Notes: generated from the letters alone by a model not told the origin. A stretch of DNA of 55,505 nt from a virus (IMGVR_UViG_3300049259_000022:1-55505), one strand, 5' to 3'; shown: positions 44,665-54,684, counted from the first letter of the stretch. Made by a program: numbers and translations.

Positions 44665-46368
44665 GTGGTGGCAGGCTTTCAGGCTTACGACCGCCATAAT
44701 CGTCCGATCAGTGACTCGGCTTTCAAGAAGTCGAAGCCACCAGCGATGGGCGAGAAGTACGGTAACTGGTCTGGCGACACTAACCTGGTGACTCAGTTCC
44801 CCGGTGGTGGAGCCATGGTGTTTAACCTGGATCGGCTTACCCTTCAGGACTTCAGGTCGATGCGTGATCACTACCAGATCAATGCATCCTTGTCGGTCCT
44901 GACGTTCATGCTACACCAGCTGTCGTGGCACATCGAGTCGGACGAGAAGAAGATTGCTGTCCAGTGCCAGGATATCCTCCAGGATGTCTGGACGCGCCTC
45001 GTTCGCGCCAAGTCGACAGCTTTCTGGGCCGGGCGCTCTCCGAATGTGCTCCAGTGGGAGAATAACAGCATCAAGCAGCGCGTCGACCTCACTAAGATCA
45101 AGGACCTCATTCCAGAGGATTGCACTGTCAACTGGAAGCAGGTCGACGGCGCGACCTCGAAGAATGGGGTCACGCAGAAGCTCAAGATCTACGACGGCAT
45201 TCGTCAGATAGGCTGGCATGAGCCGATTCCGACGAAGGCGACGTACTGGTATCCACTCCTGATGGAGAACGGAAACTACTACGGCAAGAAGATCTTGCGA
45301 TCCGCCTTCGTGCCGTGGTTCTTCTCGAACCTCATGCACTTGTACTCGAACCGGTATTACGAGCGCTTCGGTGAACCTCTCCCGATCGGTCGTGCACCCT
45401 TTGATGAAGAAGTCGACGTAGAGGGCAAGAAGGTTCGCGGTAATCAGCTCATGGGTGCGATCATGCAGCAGATTCGAAATCGTTCGGTCGCGGTACTGCC
45501 GAACACTCGAACTGCAGCCTCCATGAACGAGACGAACCCAGAGTTCGACTACCAGATTGAGTATCTCGAATCCCAGATGCGTGGCGTCGACTTCGATCGC
45601 TACATCACTCGCCTGGACGAAGAGATTACGCTTGGTCTGTTCACTCCGCTCCTGGTGACTCGCACTGCGGATGTCGGCAGCTATAACCTCGGCGTTGGCC
45701 ACATGCAGACGTACCAGTGGATGCTGAACGCGATCGCTATGGACTGGACGGAGTACATCAACAAGTACATCCTTGGCCCGATGGTAGACTTCAACTTCAG
45801 TGAGCGGGCTCCTCGGGCACGCATTGTCTTCCGGAAGCTCGGCGCAGAGTCGGCTGACACGATCCGTGCTATCGTTACTGCGCTCATCGGGAAGGGCTCG
45901 ATCAAGCCTGACATCATTGAGCTCGGAGAGATGGCGGGCCTTACGTTGACGGAGGTCCAGCAGGTTACAGCAGATCCCAACGCTGACCCCAATGCCGACC
46001 CGAACGCTGATCCCAACGCCAATGACCCGGCAAACCGTAGGCGCAGCGGGCCGCGTGGAACCGATGAACCACGCGCTACGACTAAGGATGTGACCGCTCG
46101 TGTCCGCAGGCAGGCTGAAAAAGCTTTCAAGTCCGGCGAGTTCGGGCCTGGGTTCACGCCTAAGTTCGGCTATGAGAAGCAGCTTGCGGAGAGCCTCAGC
46201 ACTGCTGGCGTTGACGATGCAGCAGCAGCTGTCAAGCGACTCTACGGACGCCTCGGTGCGTGGACTGGTGACGTAACTCAGGTCACGCAATACAACTCGG
46301 TTGACAGCTTCATGACGGAGTTCGAGAAGGCGATGGACTATCAGCTGGAGGAGCTGGTAGCGGCATGA
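44665..46368 (+). CDS. portal protein (Mu gp29/DUF935-like)
   Basis: Follows terL; YG..ILRSAF.PW...ERFGEPLPIGR; four ADPN repeats near 45970-46020. Confidence 0.85.
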   Translation: MVAGFQAYDRHNRPISDSAFKKSKPPAMGEKYGNWSGDTNLVTQFPGGGAMVFNLDRLTLQDFRSMRDHYQINASLSVLTFMLHQLSWHIESDEKKIAVQCQDILQDVWTRLVRAKSTAFWAGRSPNVLQWENNSIKQRVDLTKIKDLIPEDCTVNWKQVDGATSKNGVTQKLKIYDGIRQIGWHEPIPTKATYWYPLLMENGNYYGKKILRSAFVPWFFSNLMHLYSNRYYERFGEPLPIGRAPFDEEVDVEGKKVRGNQLMGAIMQQIRNRSVAVLPNTRTAASMNETNPEFDYQIEYLESQMRGVDFDRYITRLDEEITLGLFTPLLVTRTADVGSYNLGVGHMQTYQWMLNAIAMDWTEYINKYILGPMVDFNFSERAPRARIVFRKLGAESADTIRAIVTALIGKGSIKPDIIELGEMAGLTLTEVQQVTADPNADPNADPNADPNANDPANRRRSGPRGTDEPRATTKDVTARVRRQAEKAFKSGEFGPGFTPKFGYEKQLAESLSTAGVDDAAAAVKRLYGRLGAWTGDVTQVTQYNSVDSFMTEFEKAMDYQLEELVAA

Positions 46369-46664
46369 CCGTAACGACGAGCAAGAAGACGACGCATGAC
46401 TTGAGGTGTTCTTGTCGGCGTCGTCCCTTGCTCGCCCTGTATGGCGTGGATGACCATGGTCGTCTGTATATCGAGATGAAGGTGTATAAGCAGCAGATGG
46501 TTTACGGCCACATGGTGGCCATTCTGCGTAGCGGTGAGGTCAAGCTTTTCTGTCGCGAGTGTCATAGATGGTATACCGTAACTGTGACTGAAGAGACGAC
46601 TGCAGTCCTCCAGGAGATCGACAGTCCTGTACAAGAAGAAGCGTCGGATAGCGAAAATCCGTAA
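46365..46664 (+). CDS. Com-like zinc-ribbon protein
   Basis: DLRCSC...LLA...VKLFCREC. Confidence 0.6.
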   Translation: MTVTTSKKTTHDLRCSCRRRPLLALYGVDDHGRLYIEMKVYKQQMVYGHMVAILRSGEVKLFCRECHRWYTVTVTEETTAVLQEIDSPVQEEASDSENP

Positions 46665-46667
46665 TGC

Positions 46668-46697
46668 TTGCCGGGGCAACATCCTACCGAGTAAGGT
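46668..46697 (+). promoter_or_regulatory. putative promoter for head genes
   Basis: TTGCCG-N18-TAAGGT ending 10 nt before ATG 46708. Confidence 0.45.
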
Positions 46698-46707
46698 ATG
46701 CGACGAG

Positions 46708-47940
46708 ATGAGTACTACAGGAACGTTGAGCCGAAGTGACCGGATGAACTCTGTTTTGTTCTCCGGCCAAAGCTTTGCGCCCGTCGATGTCGGCACCGAG
46801 ATGTTCAAGAAAGACAACGGTGTTCTCGTCGTCAAGCGCAAGCCGGTTTTCCGCTCCGGGACCTTCCGCGACAGCATGGGCATTCAGTCGACGTGGGAAC
46901 CTCTTCACATCGACATGATGATGAATCACTTCAAGATGCTCCGAGACCGGAACATCTTGAAGGACGTACCCGTGCGAGATGGGCATCCCGGCTGGATCAT
47001 GTCTGGCCAGGAGGGCAACGGAAAGGTCATCGGCTGGCACACCGACCTCACTTCCGAAGAGCTCGATATCGAGCAGGGGAAGTTTACCTTCCTTCTTGCT
47101 GATTACGAGATCACGGACGAGGAGGGTAAGGCCAAGGAGCAGAGCGGTACCTACCGCAACAGGTCTTCCGAGATCGGCGAGTATCACACCAACGACGAAG
47201 CGATGTTCTGGCCTGTCTATATGGGCGTGGCCATGGTCGACTTCTCGGCGGTCGAGGGATTGAACTTCTCGAAGTTCAGTTCCACGAGTGAACTCAAGAC
47301 CCCTGAGGGCAGAGTTTTCCACGTGTTCATGGACGAGAAGGAGGCACCTGCAGTGAGCGGCGCCCAAGCACTACCCACCGGCCAGGCGGCGCCAGCTGCA
47401 CCGCCCGTGGTTCCAGCAGTCCCAGCGGTCCCAGCCGGACAGCAGCACGCTGCTCCCCCGGCTCAGCCGTTTCAGTTCACGATGAACGGACAGGCGACCA
47501 CGGATTTCGCGGCCGTCCAGACCCACATCAACAACCTCGAGCAGTTCCGCAGCGAGACCGAGAGCGCGGCCGTCGAGAACTTCGTCAGCCAGCTGGTCAG
47601 CGACAACAAGCTCCTCGCGCCACAGAAGGTCGCAACGATCGCCTGGGCCAAGACCCAGACGCCCGAGCAGTTCGCGGCCTGGAGGGCGATTCAGGAGCAG
47701 GTCCCGGCTCACCCGATTGTCGGCCAGCAGTTCGGAACCACCAATCAGGCCAACGAGGGAACCGGCGCGCAGACCACGCCCGAGGCGGCCGCCCTGCTTC
47801 AGCAGTACGAGGACGCCTGCGAGGTCGTGCGGATGCACGAGCGCGGCGGCATGAAGCGGGAGGTTCTCGAGAAGACCGAGTCCTTCACGAAGATGAAGGC
47901 ACTCGAGTCCAAGGTCCAGGCCGCGCAGGCGCAGAGCTAG
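46708..47940 (+). CDS. capsid maturation protease/scaffold
   Basis: VFRSGTF, DGH, IGW, YRNRSSEI, GVA..AVEGL; Ala/Gln-rich helical C-half; position between portal and capsid. Confidence 0.8.
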   Translation: MSTTGTLSRSDRMNSVLFSGQSFAPVDVGTEMFKKDNGVLVVKRKPVFRSGTFRDSMGIQSTWEPLHIDMMMNHFKMLRDRNILKDVPVRDGHPGWIMSGQEGNGKVIGWHTDLTSEELDIEQGKFTFLLADYEITDEEGKAKEQSGTYRNRSSEIGEYHTNDEAMFWPVYMGVAMVDFSAVEGLNFSKFSSTSELKTPEGRVFHVFMDEKEAPAVSGAQALPTGQAAPAAPPVVPAVPAVPAGQQHAAPPAQPFQFTMNGQATTDFAAVQTHINNLEQFRSETESAAVENFVSQLVSDNKLLAPQKVATIAWAKTQTPEQFAAWRAIQEQVPAHPIVGQQFGTTNQANEGTGAQTTPEAAALLQQYEDACEVVRMHERGGMKREVLEKTESFTKMKALESKVQAAQAQS

Positions 47941-47952
47941 GAGATCTGAACT

Positions 47953-48438
47953 ATGCCAAGCTTCAGCAAGCAGGACGTGGCCGATCGGTCGCCGTTCGGC
48001 ATTCGCGAGTACCTTCGCTCCACTGAGGGGATGAAGTTCGAGTCGTACACGCTGGCCGCCAGCACGATCCGTACTCAGACCACCGATGGAGTTCCAGGCA
48101 TGAAGATCGCCCAGCGCGGTCTCGTCATCGCCAAGATCACGAGCGGTGGCGACGCTGGCAAGGTCGGTCCGTTCGCCAGCCCGACGACCGATGTCGCAGA
48201 TGGTCGTCAGACCGTCGCGAACATCGTCGGCATCCTCGAGACCTTCCTGCCGTGGCAGACGATGGATCGAGATGTCGAGGTGGCCGTGAACTACGAGTGC
48301 GCCGCGATCCAGGCCTGGTGCCTGGAGTACACCGGCAACCTCGCCGCAACGACCGAAGTTGCCCTGTCGAACACGACTGCGGCGGCCATGATCGGTGGTG
48401 GCGCTGCAGGCAAGGGCGTTGCCATCCTGTTCAAGTAA
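47953..48438 (+). CDS. head decoration protein
   Basis: G.VIAKITSG..GKVGPF...DG.QT...GIL pattern; precedes the capsid gene. Confidence 0.75.
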   Translation: MPSFSKQDVADRSPFGIREYLRSTEGMKFESYTLAASTIRTQTTDGVPGMKIAQRGLVIAKITSGGDAGKVGPFASPTTDVADGRQTVANIVGILETFLPWQTMDRDVEVAVNYECAAIQAWCLEYTGNLAATTEVALSNTTAAAMIGGGAAGKGVAILFK

Positions 48439-48454
48439 GGGAGGTAGCCTCGAA

Positions 48455-49747
48455 ATGGGTAACACCACGCTCGCTACGCCGAGCAACATGAACGCCTTTG
48501 CGGCTGCGATGGCTGCCTTCTCGGCCGCCGGTGGCGATCCGACTCAGTTCGCGAACTTCGCGCCCAGCCCGATCGGTGCTGACCGTCTGGTTCGCAAGGA
48601 GGTGGCTCTCGGTGTCATCCGTGAGATCCTCCCTCCGGACAACCACATCGGCCTCACCCTTGTCCCGTGGCTGGAGGTTGCGTCTGACGACGTGATCTTC
48701 GCCTACGCCAAGGGCCTGACGGACGGTCTGGCCCCGGCGCGTGCCGAGGATGCCGAGTCTGAGCTGTCGATGAAGGACGACATCTTCCCTGGTCAGGGTC
48801 GTGCGTCGATCATCGACTGGGCGCACAAGACGCGCTACTCGGCGTCGGACGTGACGCGCTACCGGGAGATGAACCGCATCCTGGAGCAGATGCGGGACAC
48901 GAACTCGCTGCCACTCACGGTCACCTCCATGATGGAGGACTGGGCCACCAAGGTCGCCAAGGACACCGCGCTGCGCCGTCGGAAGCTCGACAACCGGCTC
49001 GAGTGGATGATCATGACCTCGTTCGGTACGGGCACGCTGGCGTACAACGATGGCAAGATCAAGTTCACGATCCCCTGGGGTCGGCCTGCGGCACAGGAAG
49101 CTGGCAACGCAGCGAACGACATTGCAGGCTTCGTCGTTGATGGTGCGGTTGACTGGCAGACGACCACCTTCGATCCGATCGGCTTCATCCTGGCCGTGCA
49201 GGAGTACATGTACGACACGTACTCGGTGCACATCACTCGGGCGATCACGTCGCGCAAGGTTCTGAACCGCATCGTCGCGTCGGACAAGTTCGCGCAGCGG
49301 TCCGGTCTGATCGTGCCAGGTCTCACCGGCGGAACGATCGCCTCGGCTGACCCCAACTACGTCATGGACGGCTGGGGACCTTCGGCGGCGGTGCAGGTGG
49401 TTGAGAACAACACCGGCCTGAAGTTCATCGAGTACGACTCGGTCTACCGGACTCGTGCCCTCGGTGGCACGACCGTCACGGCGAACCGGTTCCTACCGCA
49501 GAACGAGATCATCTTCCTGCCGGACGAGTCGGACATCGCGGACTTCGATGAGACCGAGATCGGCTTCGGCAAGATGCTGACCGCTCCGCACCCGGAGGGC
49601 AACTGGACTGCCGGGTTCTACGAGTGGGAGAAGGAGCGGTCGGACCCTTGGGGTTACGACGTCGGTACTGGCGTCAAGGCCTTCCCGGTCCTTCCGCACA
49701 TGGACAAGACCTACGCGGTCAACGTCACCGGCGTTGCGGCCAGTTGA
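48455..49747 (+). CDS. major capsid protein
   Basis: 430 aa from ATG 48455 after GGGAGG; NRLEWM, DP, FPVL features of lambda-E-like capsids; synteny. Confidence 0.85.
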   Translation: MGNTTLATPSNMNAFAAAMAAFSAAGGDPTQFANFAPSPIGADRLVRKEVALGVIREILPPDNHIGLTLVPWLEVASDDVIFAYAKGLTDGLAPARAEDAESELSMKDDIFPGQGRASIIDWAHKTRYSASDVTRYREMNRILEQMRDTNSLPLTVTSMMEDWATKVAKDTALRRRKLDNRLEWMIMTSFGTGTLAYNDGKIKFTIPWGRPAAQEAGNAANDIAGFVVDGAVDWQTTTFDPIGFILAVQEYMYDTYSVHITRAITSRKVLNRIVASDKFAQRSGLIVPGLTGGTIASADPNYVMDGWGPSAAVQVVENNTGLKFIEYDSVYRTRALGGTTVTANRFLPQNEIIFLPDESDIADFDETEIGFGKMLTAPHPEGNWTAGFYEWEKERSDPWGYDVGTGVKAFPVLPHMDKTYAVNVTGVAAS

Positions 49748-50052
49748 TGGCTAGTGGTGACGTGGTCCTCGACGTGAGTTGTGCTGCAAAGTATACTCGC
49801 GTCGAGGATAATCCTGACATTCCAGGGACATCTGCCGAGCGGTGGGTTGCAGAGTTTTCAGGATCTATGCCGCATGCGGGGGCTACGATTCCCAACCTGT
49901 GGAATACTGATCACAAGGTGACTGTTACTGGAACCATTCCACCGGCCACCATCACTGACACCTACACCTCACCTGCAACTGTTTTTCATCCGGAACAAGA
50001 TGTCCCGTTCGAGCGCGAGAAGCAGTACCGAGTTCAGATCACGGAGGTCTGA
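49747..50052 (+). CDS. hypothetical virion-region protein
   Basis: TGATG coupling to the capsid stop. Confidence 0.55.
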   Translation: MASGDVVLDVSCAAKYTRVEDNPDIPGTSAERWVAEFSGSMPHAGATIPNLWNTDHKVTVTGTIPPATITDTYTSPATVFHPEQDVPFEREKQYRVQITEV

Positions 50053-50053
50053 C

Positions 50054-50245
50054 ATGGCAAAGAACAGCAGCAGCCGCCGAGGTGGTGGGGTTGTCATCCG
50101 GAGGACTCAGGGTCGTCCGGGCGGCACGAACACCAGCCTCGGCAAAGCGGTCGGAGTCCGCGCCATCGGGAGTCCGACTTCGAGCACCGGCAAGCACGGG
50201 ATCGACAAGAAGACCACGGTGGCGCCTCGCAAGACCGCGTCCTGA
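50054..50245 (+). CDS. small basic protein
   Basis: ATG 50054 after GGAGG; R/K/G/S/T-rich 63 aa. Confidence 0.55.
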   Translation: MAKNSSSRRGGGVVIRRTQGRPGGTNTSLGKAVGVRAIGSPTSSTGKHGIDKKTTVAPRKTAS

Positions 50246-50250
50246 TCACA

Positions 50251-50290
50251 CGAAAGGGGAGGCTGGAGAAGTCTCCAGTCTCCCCTTTCG
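50251..50290 (+). terminator. terminator-like hairpin
   Basis: CGAAAGGGGAGGCTGGAG / CTCCAGTCTCCCCTTTCG. Confidence 0.7.
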
Positions 50291-50310
50291 CTTCGAGAAA
50301 CGAGAGGCAA

Positions 50311-50721
50311 ATGGCACAGAGCAAGAAGGTCGAAGACGAGCCGCAGGACGTGAGTGCCTACATCGGCACGGATCCGATCTACCAGAACTACTCTGACGAT
50401 CGCAACAAGCCCTTCAAGGCCGAGGCGGACGAAGACGAAGACGGCAACGACAACGAGGATGTTCTCGCTGCCGAAGGGCGTGCCTACGAGATCCAGGGTC
50501 AGCAGCGCGAAGCGGTCGGCCAGGACCCCGAGACGGGCGAGCAGGTGCTGACCGAGGAGGAAGTCCTCGAGCGCAACGCTCAGCTCAACGCTGGTCCGAA
50601 CATCCCATCGCGGGCGACTGGCGTCGAGGGCATCGAGCCGCACCTGACCCAGCCAGCCGAGGAGCCGGTGGAGTCCACCCCGCCACCTGCGCCGTCGGCT
50701 CCGACCGCCGACAACCAGTAG
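50311..50721 (+). CDS. acidic hypothetical protein
   Basis: 136 aa, D/E-rich, RBS GAGG. Confidence 0.65.
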   Translation: MAQSKKVEDEPQDVSAYIGTDPIYQNYSDDRNKPFKAEADEDEDGNDNEDVLAAEGRAYEIQGQQREAVGQDPETGEQVLTEEEVLERNAQLNAGPNIPSRATGVEGIEPHLTQPAEEPVESTPPPAPSAPTADNQ

Positions 50722-50734
50722 TCAGGAGACTGGG

Positions 50735-51238
50735 ATGGCCTACTGCGAAGCGAGCGACCTGCTCATCGGGAACATTCCCTTGTCGTCTCAGTATGGAGAC
50801 GGCACTGGGTTTGTTGACACTGCAACTGACGAGATGGACGTTGTCCTCGGTCAGCTGTACGAGACTCCGATCGTGCTGGCCGACACGCCTGCAAATAGGC
50901 CATCCCAGCTCTGGCTGAAGACGTGTAACAAGTTCATTGCTAGTGGCCGTCTGATTCTGGATATCGCCATTGCGGCCGAGGATGACAACCTGAATGCATA
51001 CGGTCTTAGTATGCTGAATCAGGGCCTCGCTATGCTGAAGGCGATCCAGGATGGGGCAGCTTCTATCACTGGAGCCACTCCACTCGACCCAAATGCTGGT
51101 GCATACCAGACTGGTCCTGTAATCTTCAATGAAGACTCGGAAAGCCTTGTCAAGGCTGGATATGAGTTCTTGCTTGACCCATGGGCTACTTCTGAATGGC
51201 CTCCGCACTTCGGTTCTGACGTAAGCCCGTACAGCTGA
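50735..51238 (+). CDS. head-to-tail adaptor (Mu gp36-like)
   Basis: MAYCEASDL...A..E.D..L...Y..P...LK.I..G pattern; synteny. Confidence 0.7.
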   Translation: MAYCEASDLLIGNIPLSSQYGDGTGFVDTATDEMDVVLGQLYETPIVLADTPANRPSQLWLKTCNKFIASGRLILDIAIAAEDDNLNAYGLSMLNQGLAMLKAIQDGAASITGATPLDPNAGAYQTGPVIFNEDSESLVKAGYEFLLDPWATSEWPPHFGSDVSPYS

Positions 51239-51759
51239 TGGCAAAGGGTAGCGGTTACGTCGATATCGACCTTACTGGAGATTCTCAGTATGTCGAGAAG
51301 ATGATCACCCATTTGGACCAGAAACTTGGCCCGCAGGGTCTGGTTTCGTTTCTTGCGATGAGTGTCTATCCATATCTGATAAAGCGCGCCAAGGAGCGAT
51401 TCCAGGGTGAAGGCGATGATGTGGTTGGTAAGTGGGCTCCTCTCGCGCCTGCTACGGAGGTCATCCGGCAGACGATGGGCTACGGGGGGGCTCATCCCAT
51501 CAACGTCCGGACTGGAGAGCTCGAACGCTATATTACTCAGGGCTCCGTTACCTCGTCAGTGCAAGCATCTGGACTCGGCGCCTTCCTGCAGCATCCAGCA
51601 AGTCCGCCTACCGGAAAGCTGAAGAGCAAAGTCAAGACTGCACAGCAAGGTGATCCATCGTTCGGGCGAGGTGTTCCGCCTCGTCCTGTTCTCGGCATGA
51701 ATGAGACTGATCTTGGTTTCATTATGACTGCCCTAGCCTTCTTTGTGGGGACGCCATGA
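51238..51759 (+). CDS. virion morphogenesis / tail completion protein
   Basis: RF.....KWAPLAPAT, RTGEL, PPRPVLG. Confidence 0.75.
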   Translation: MAKGSGYVDIDLTGDSQYVEKMITHLDQKLGPQGLVSFLAMSVYPYLIKRAKERFQGEGDDVVGKWAPLAPATEVIRQTMGYGGAHPINVRTGELERYITQGSVTSSVQASGLGAFLQHPASPPTGKLKSKVKTAQQGDPSFGRGVPPRPVLGMNETDLGFIMTALAFFVGTP

Positions 51760-52247
51760 TTGTTCCAGACACCGAGATCTTCCCTAATAACATCATCGAG
51801 CGCATGAGGGTTCGCATTCCCGTTGCGATTGATCCGGACGTAACAGTCGTACTTCGACCTCTTCGTCCTTCCGATCCGAATCAGTCGATCGGTCTATACC
51901 CCGACACCTGGGCGCCAGACGAGGAATCATTTGAGATGGCGCCTCAGATGAAAAACATTCCCACCCTGCAGGACTACCGGGTGTTTGTTCAGTCCTTTGT
52001 GAAGCACCAGGACGAGGCAACTGCAATTGGCACTCACGCTGTAATGGCAGAGCGCATCCGGGCAATGCTTTACGAGGATCAAACACTGCAGCTAGCATTC
52101 GGCGAGTTGATTGCCACGAGTGGCGGTAGGACTCACAAGGCAATGCGCTGGGGGCCTCGAGCTCAACGCTTCATGTCGAATGAGGTGCAGGGCTCTTTTC
52201 TTCAGAGCACCATCACCGAATTCTGGCTGCAAACCGCTACTCAGTAA
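51756..52247 (+). CDS. putative tail terminator
   Basis: Size and position before the tail tube gene. Confidence 0.55.
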   Translation: MIVPDTEIFPNNIIERMRVRIPVAIDPDVTVVLRPLRPSDPNQSIGLYPDTWAPDEESFEMAPQMKNIPTLQDYRVFVQSFVKHQDEATAIGTHAVMAERIRAMLYEDQTLQLAFGELIATSGGRTHKAMRWGPRAQRFMSNEVQGSFLQSTITEFWLQTATQ

Positions 52248-52259
52248 GGAAGGATTGAG

Positions 52260-52679
52260 ATGCCAACCAGCGAGCAAGACCTGGAAGCCCTGCATGATGC
52301 AAATCAGGATCTCCGCGAACAGATCGCGCAGGCCCAGAGTGCGCAGGCGCAGGCGCAGAACCAGGCGGAACTCGACACGCGTGCAGCTGACTTGAAGGTC
52401 GAGCAGGCCCGCTTGCAGGCCGAGCTCGACTCGGCTCTGGCAAATGTGTCGGTTACGGTCGAGGCGGCTGATGCGGCGGCCGAGAGAGCTGACGCTCCCG
52501 TCGAGACCGCGTACGAGAAGATGATGCGCGAGTCCGAGGAACTCAATGCGGCCGCTCAGGCGGAAGCTGACAAGGCGGCGGGCGTAAAGCCCAAGGCTAA
52601 TGGCTCCAGTAATGGCAGTCAGACGCCGCCGCCTGCTCCGAACGCCGGAACTGGCGACAACGGAAACGGAGGGCAGTAA
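52260..52679 (+). CDS. coiled-coil hypothetical protein
   Basis: Ala/Gln/Glu-rich heptads; RBS AAGGA. Confidence 0.65.
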   Translation: MPTSEQDLEALHDANQDLREQIAQAQSAQAQAQNQAELDTRAADLKVEQARLQAELDSALANVSVTVEAADAAAERADAPVETAYEKMMRESEELNAAAQAEADKAAGVKPKANGSSNGSQTPPPAPNAGTGDNGNGGQ

Positions 52680-52682
52680 GCC

Positions 52683-53693
52683 ATGGGGTACTCTTCGCAG
52701 GCCGGTGCCGTAGGCTTCATGACGCAGGCCACGCCGGACACCTTCCCCGCGACTTTTGATACGGCGTCGCGGTTCATGAAGCTCCGGTCGGGTCAGCTGT
52801 CCCCGAATCGTGAGCTTCTGGTGACCGATCCCGAGATCGGTGGCGGTCGCGACACGGTGGACGCGTACCTCGGAGCGGTCGCCTACTCTGGGGACTACGA
52901 GGCGTACGTACGTCTCGAGGCACTCTGTACCATCATGAAGGCTGCCTTCGGAACGGCCGTGAGTGTCACCACGACTGGTGTTACCACGCATACCTTCACG
53001 CCTCTCGACAGCGCTACCCTGCCTTTCCTGGCGGTCCAGGAGAACATCGGCGGCGGACTCGAGAAGTTCAACTACACGGATGCTGTGGTCAACACCCTCC
53101 ACGTGGAGTGTGACGCCAACGGTTACCTGATGTGCACGTTCGGGATGATCGCTCGGAAGCAGACGGCTGGTATTACGCCGGATGCGACTCCGAGCTTCGA
53201 TGACAGCTTCCTGATCGTCGGCACGAACATCTCGGTCACGTATGGCGGCGTGACCCTTCCAGCGAAGTCGTTCTCGTTCGACATGACGAACAACTTCGAG
53301 GATGACGACTTCCGGCTGGGATCGTTCTTCATCGGTGATCTGACGGCGAAGTCGCGGGAGTTCACGGGTTCCGTCAGTATTCGCCCAACTGACTCCGTCC
53401 TCTGGAAGAAGGCCGTGAATGGCGCTGCTTCGGCGGTTGTTCCCGGTGGTCTGACTAACAAGGAGCAGTTGGTCATCACCATGACCACCTACGAGGATAT
53501 CGTGGCAGGTACGCCACTGACCAAGGAGTCGTTGACGCTGACGCTTCCCAAGGTGGCGCTGGAGCCGTATGGCCTCGAGCAGTCGGGTGACGACATCATC
53601 GAGAACGACATCAACTGGCGCGGCCTGCGGCCGGTGTTCGCGACTCCCGCGTGCACCGCCGTGATCAAGAATGGCCTCGCTGTGATCGTGTAG
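52683..53693 (+). CDS. major tail (tube) protein
   Basis: 336 aa, beta-rich, HTFTP and FSFDMTNN motifs; precedes chaperone and tape measure; no sheath gene nearby. Confidence 0.85.
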   Translation: MGYSSQAGAVGFMTQATPDTFPATFDTASRFMKLRSGQLSPNRELLVTDPEIGGGRDTVDAYLGAVAYSGDYEAYVRLEALCTIMKAAFGTAVSVTTTGVTTHTFTPLDSATLPFLAVQENIGGGLEKFNYTDAVVNTLHVECDANGYLMCTFGMIARKQTAGITPDATPSFDDSFLIVGTNISVTYGGVTLPAKSFSFDMTNNFEDDDFRLGSFFIGDLTAKSREFTGSVSIRPTDSVLWKKAVNGAASAVVPGGLTNKEQLVITMTTYEDIVAGTPLTKESLTLTLPKVALEPYGLEQSGDDIIENDINWRGLRPVFATPACTAVIKNGLAVIV

Positions 53694-53704
53694 GACCGAT
53701 AGCA

Positions 53705-53741
53705 CACCGGACCAGGATGCCGTTAGCTTCCTGGTCCGGTG
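53705..53741 (+). terminator. terminator-like hairpin
   Basis: CACCGGACCAGGA / TCCTGGTCCGGTG. Confidence 0.7.
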
Positions 53742-53795
53742 CTGTGTTACCCTCCATCAACCAGATCCACGAAGCCTTTGAGAAGGGGCACCAGG

Positions 53796-54350
53796 ATGAC
53801 TGCACCATACACCGAACATGAGGGCGGCCTCGACCACTCGGGACACACCGTCGTCTCCGATAGCGAGCCGGGTCGCGAGCCTGAGGTTACGGTCTACGAG
53901 GACTACTGGGGCACCAAGGGCGAGAAGTTGCACTACATGCCCGACGGCAAGCAGTACTTCAAGATCAAGAAGATGAACGAGGGTGACCGGGCGAAGTACC
54001 AGTTCGAGTCTGGCATGCAGATGACCTCGATGCGGAAGACCGGCGACACCAAGATCGACATCAACCAGGCTAAGGATCGCGAGGCTCTGGTGTGCGCGGC
54101 GGTCATCGACTGGAGTCTGTTCAAGGATCAGTCGCCGGTGCCTTTCAACAAGGGCAGTCTGCGCGCCTGGATTCAGGGTGCCGACCCGAAGCTCCTCGAC
54201 AAGCTCCTCATGGACATCCGCAAGTTCAACCCGTTCCTGCAGGAAGATCTGTCGGTCAAGGAGATCGACGAGCAGATGCAGGAGCTGCGAGAGCTTCGTG
54301 ACGTTGCGGCGAAGCGCGAGGCTGAGGCGGATTTTTCACCGGCCAAGTAG
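53796..54350 (+). CDS. tail assembly chaperone (G)
   Basis: Between tail tube and tape measure; VIDWSL motif; ends just after GGATTTTT. Confidence 0.8.
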   Translation: MTAPYTEHEGGLDHSGHTVVSDSEPGREPEVTVYEDYWGTKGEKLHYMPDGKQYFKIKKMNEGDRAKYQFESGMQMTSMRKTGDTKIDINQAKDREALVCAAVIDWSLFKDQSPVPFNKGSLRAWIQGADPKLLDKLLMDIRKFNPFLQEDLSVKEIDEQMQELRELRDVAAKREAEADFSPAK

Positions 54351-54574
54351 ACCTGTTCGTCAAGAACTCGCCAATCCCTGATCAGTGGCATGGCGCACTC
54401 GTTCTGATCAACTGGATGGTCATGACTCAGTTTGCCGTCTGGCCGGAAGCCGGTGGAATTCTGGATCAGGATCCTCTGTTCCTTCGAAGGCTACAGCAGT
54501 ATACGGCAGTCAAGAATGAACATGACAAGAAGGAGCGCGCCGCCGAGGAAGCGAAGGCGAAGCGTAAGAAGTAG
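53796..54574 (+). CDS. tail assembly chaperone, -1 frameshift extended form (GT)
   Basis: The -1 frame is open from GGATTTTT (54329-54336) to TAG 54574 and encodes WPEAGGILDQDP. Confidence 0.7.
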
Positions 54575-54576
54575 AT

Positions 54577-54619
54577 CGCCCGGCATTGCTTGACAGAGCG
54601 ATGTCGGGCGGTTTATCTT
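54577..54619 (+). promoter_or_regulatory. hairpin overlapping a SigA-type promoter for the tape measure gene
   Basis: CGCCCGGCATTGCT/AGCGATGTCGGGCG stem; TTGACA-N18-TATCTT. Confidence 0.5.
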
Positions 54620-54684
54620 ATCGCCTGCATTCGGGTACAGTGGAGACCCATAACTGGACCTTAAGGTCAGCGAGGAGATCCACT

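Noticed and set aside
45970-46020. 12-bp tandem repeat as a regulatory or contingency locus
   Set aside because: Codons vary synonymously (ADPN x4), so it is a protein-level linker repeat in the portal.
46667-46680. Extra copy of the TTGC-N5-GCAA motif
   Set aside because: Spacer is 4 nt (TTGC-CGGG-GCAA), so it was not counted; treated as a -35 region instead.
52092-53705. 537-aa minus-strand ORF (also 44911..46290, 47371..48489, 41726..42748, 42661..43641)
   Set aside because: Antisense shadows of well-supported virion genes, explained by high GC3 codon bias.
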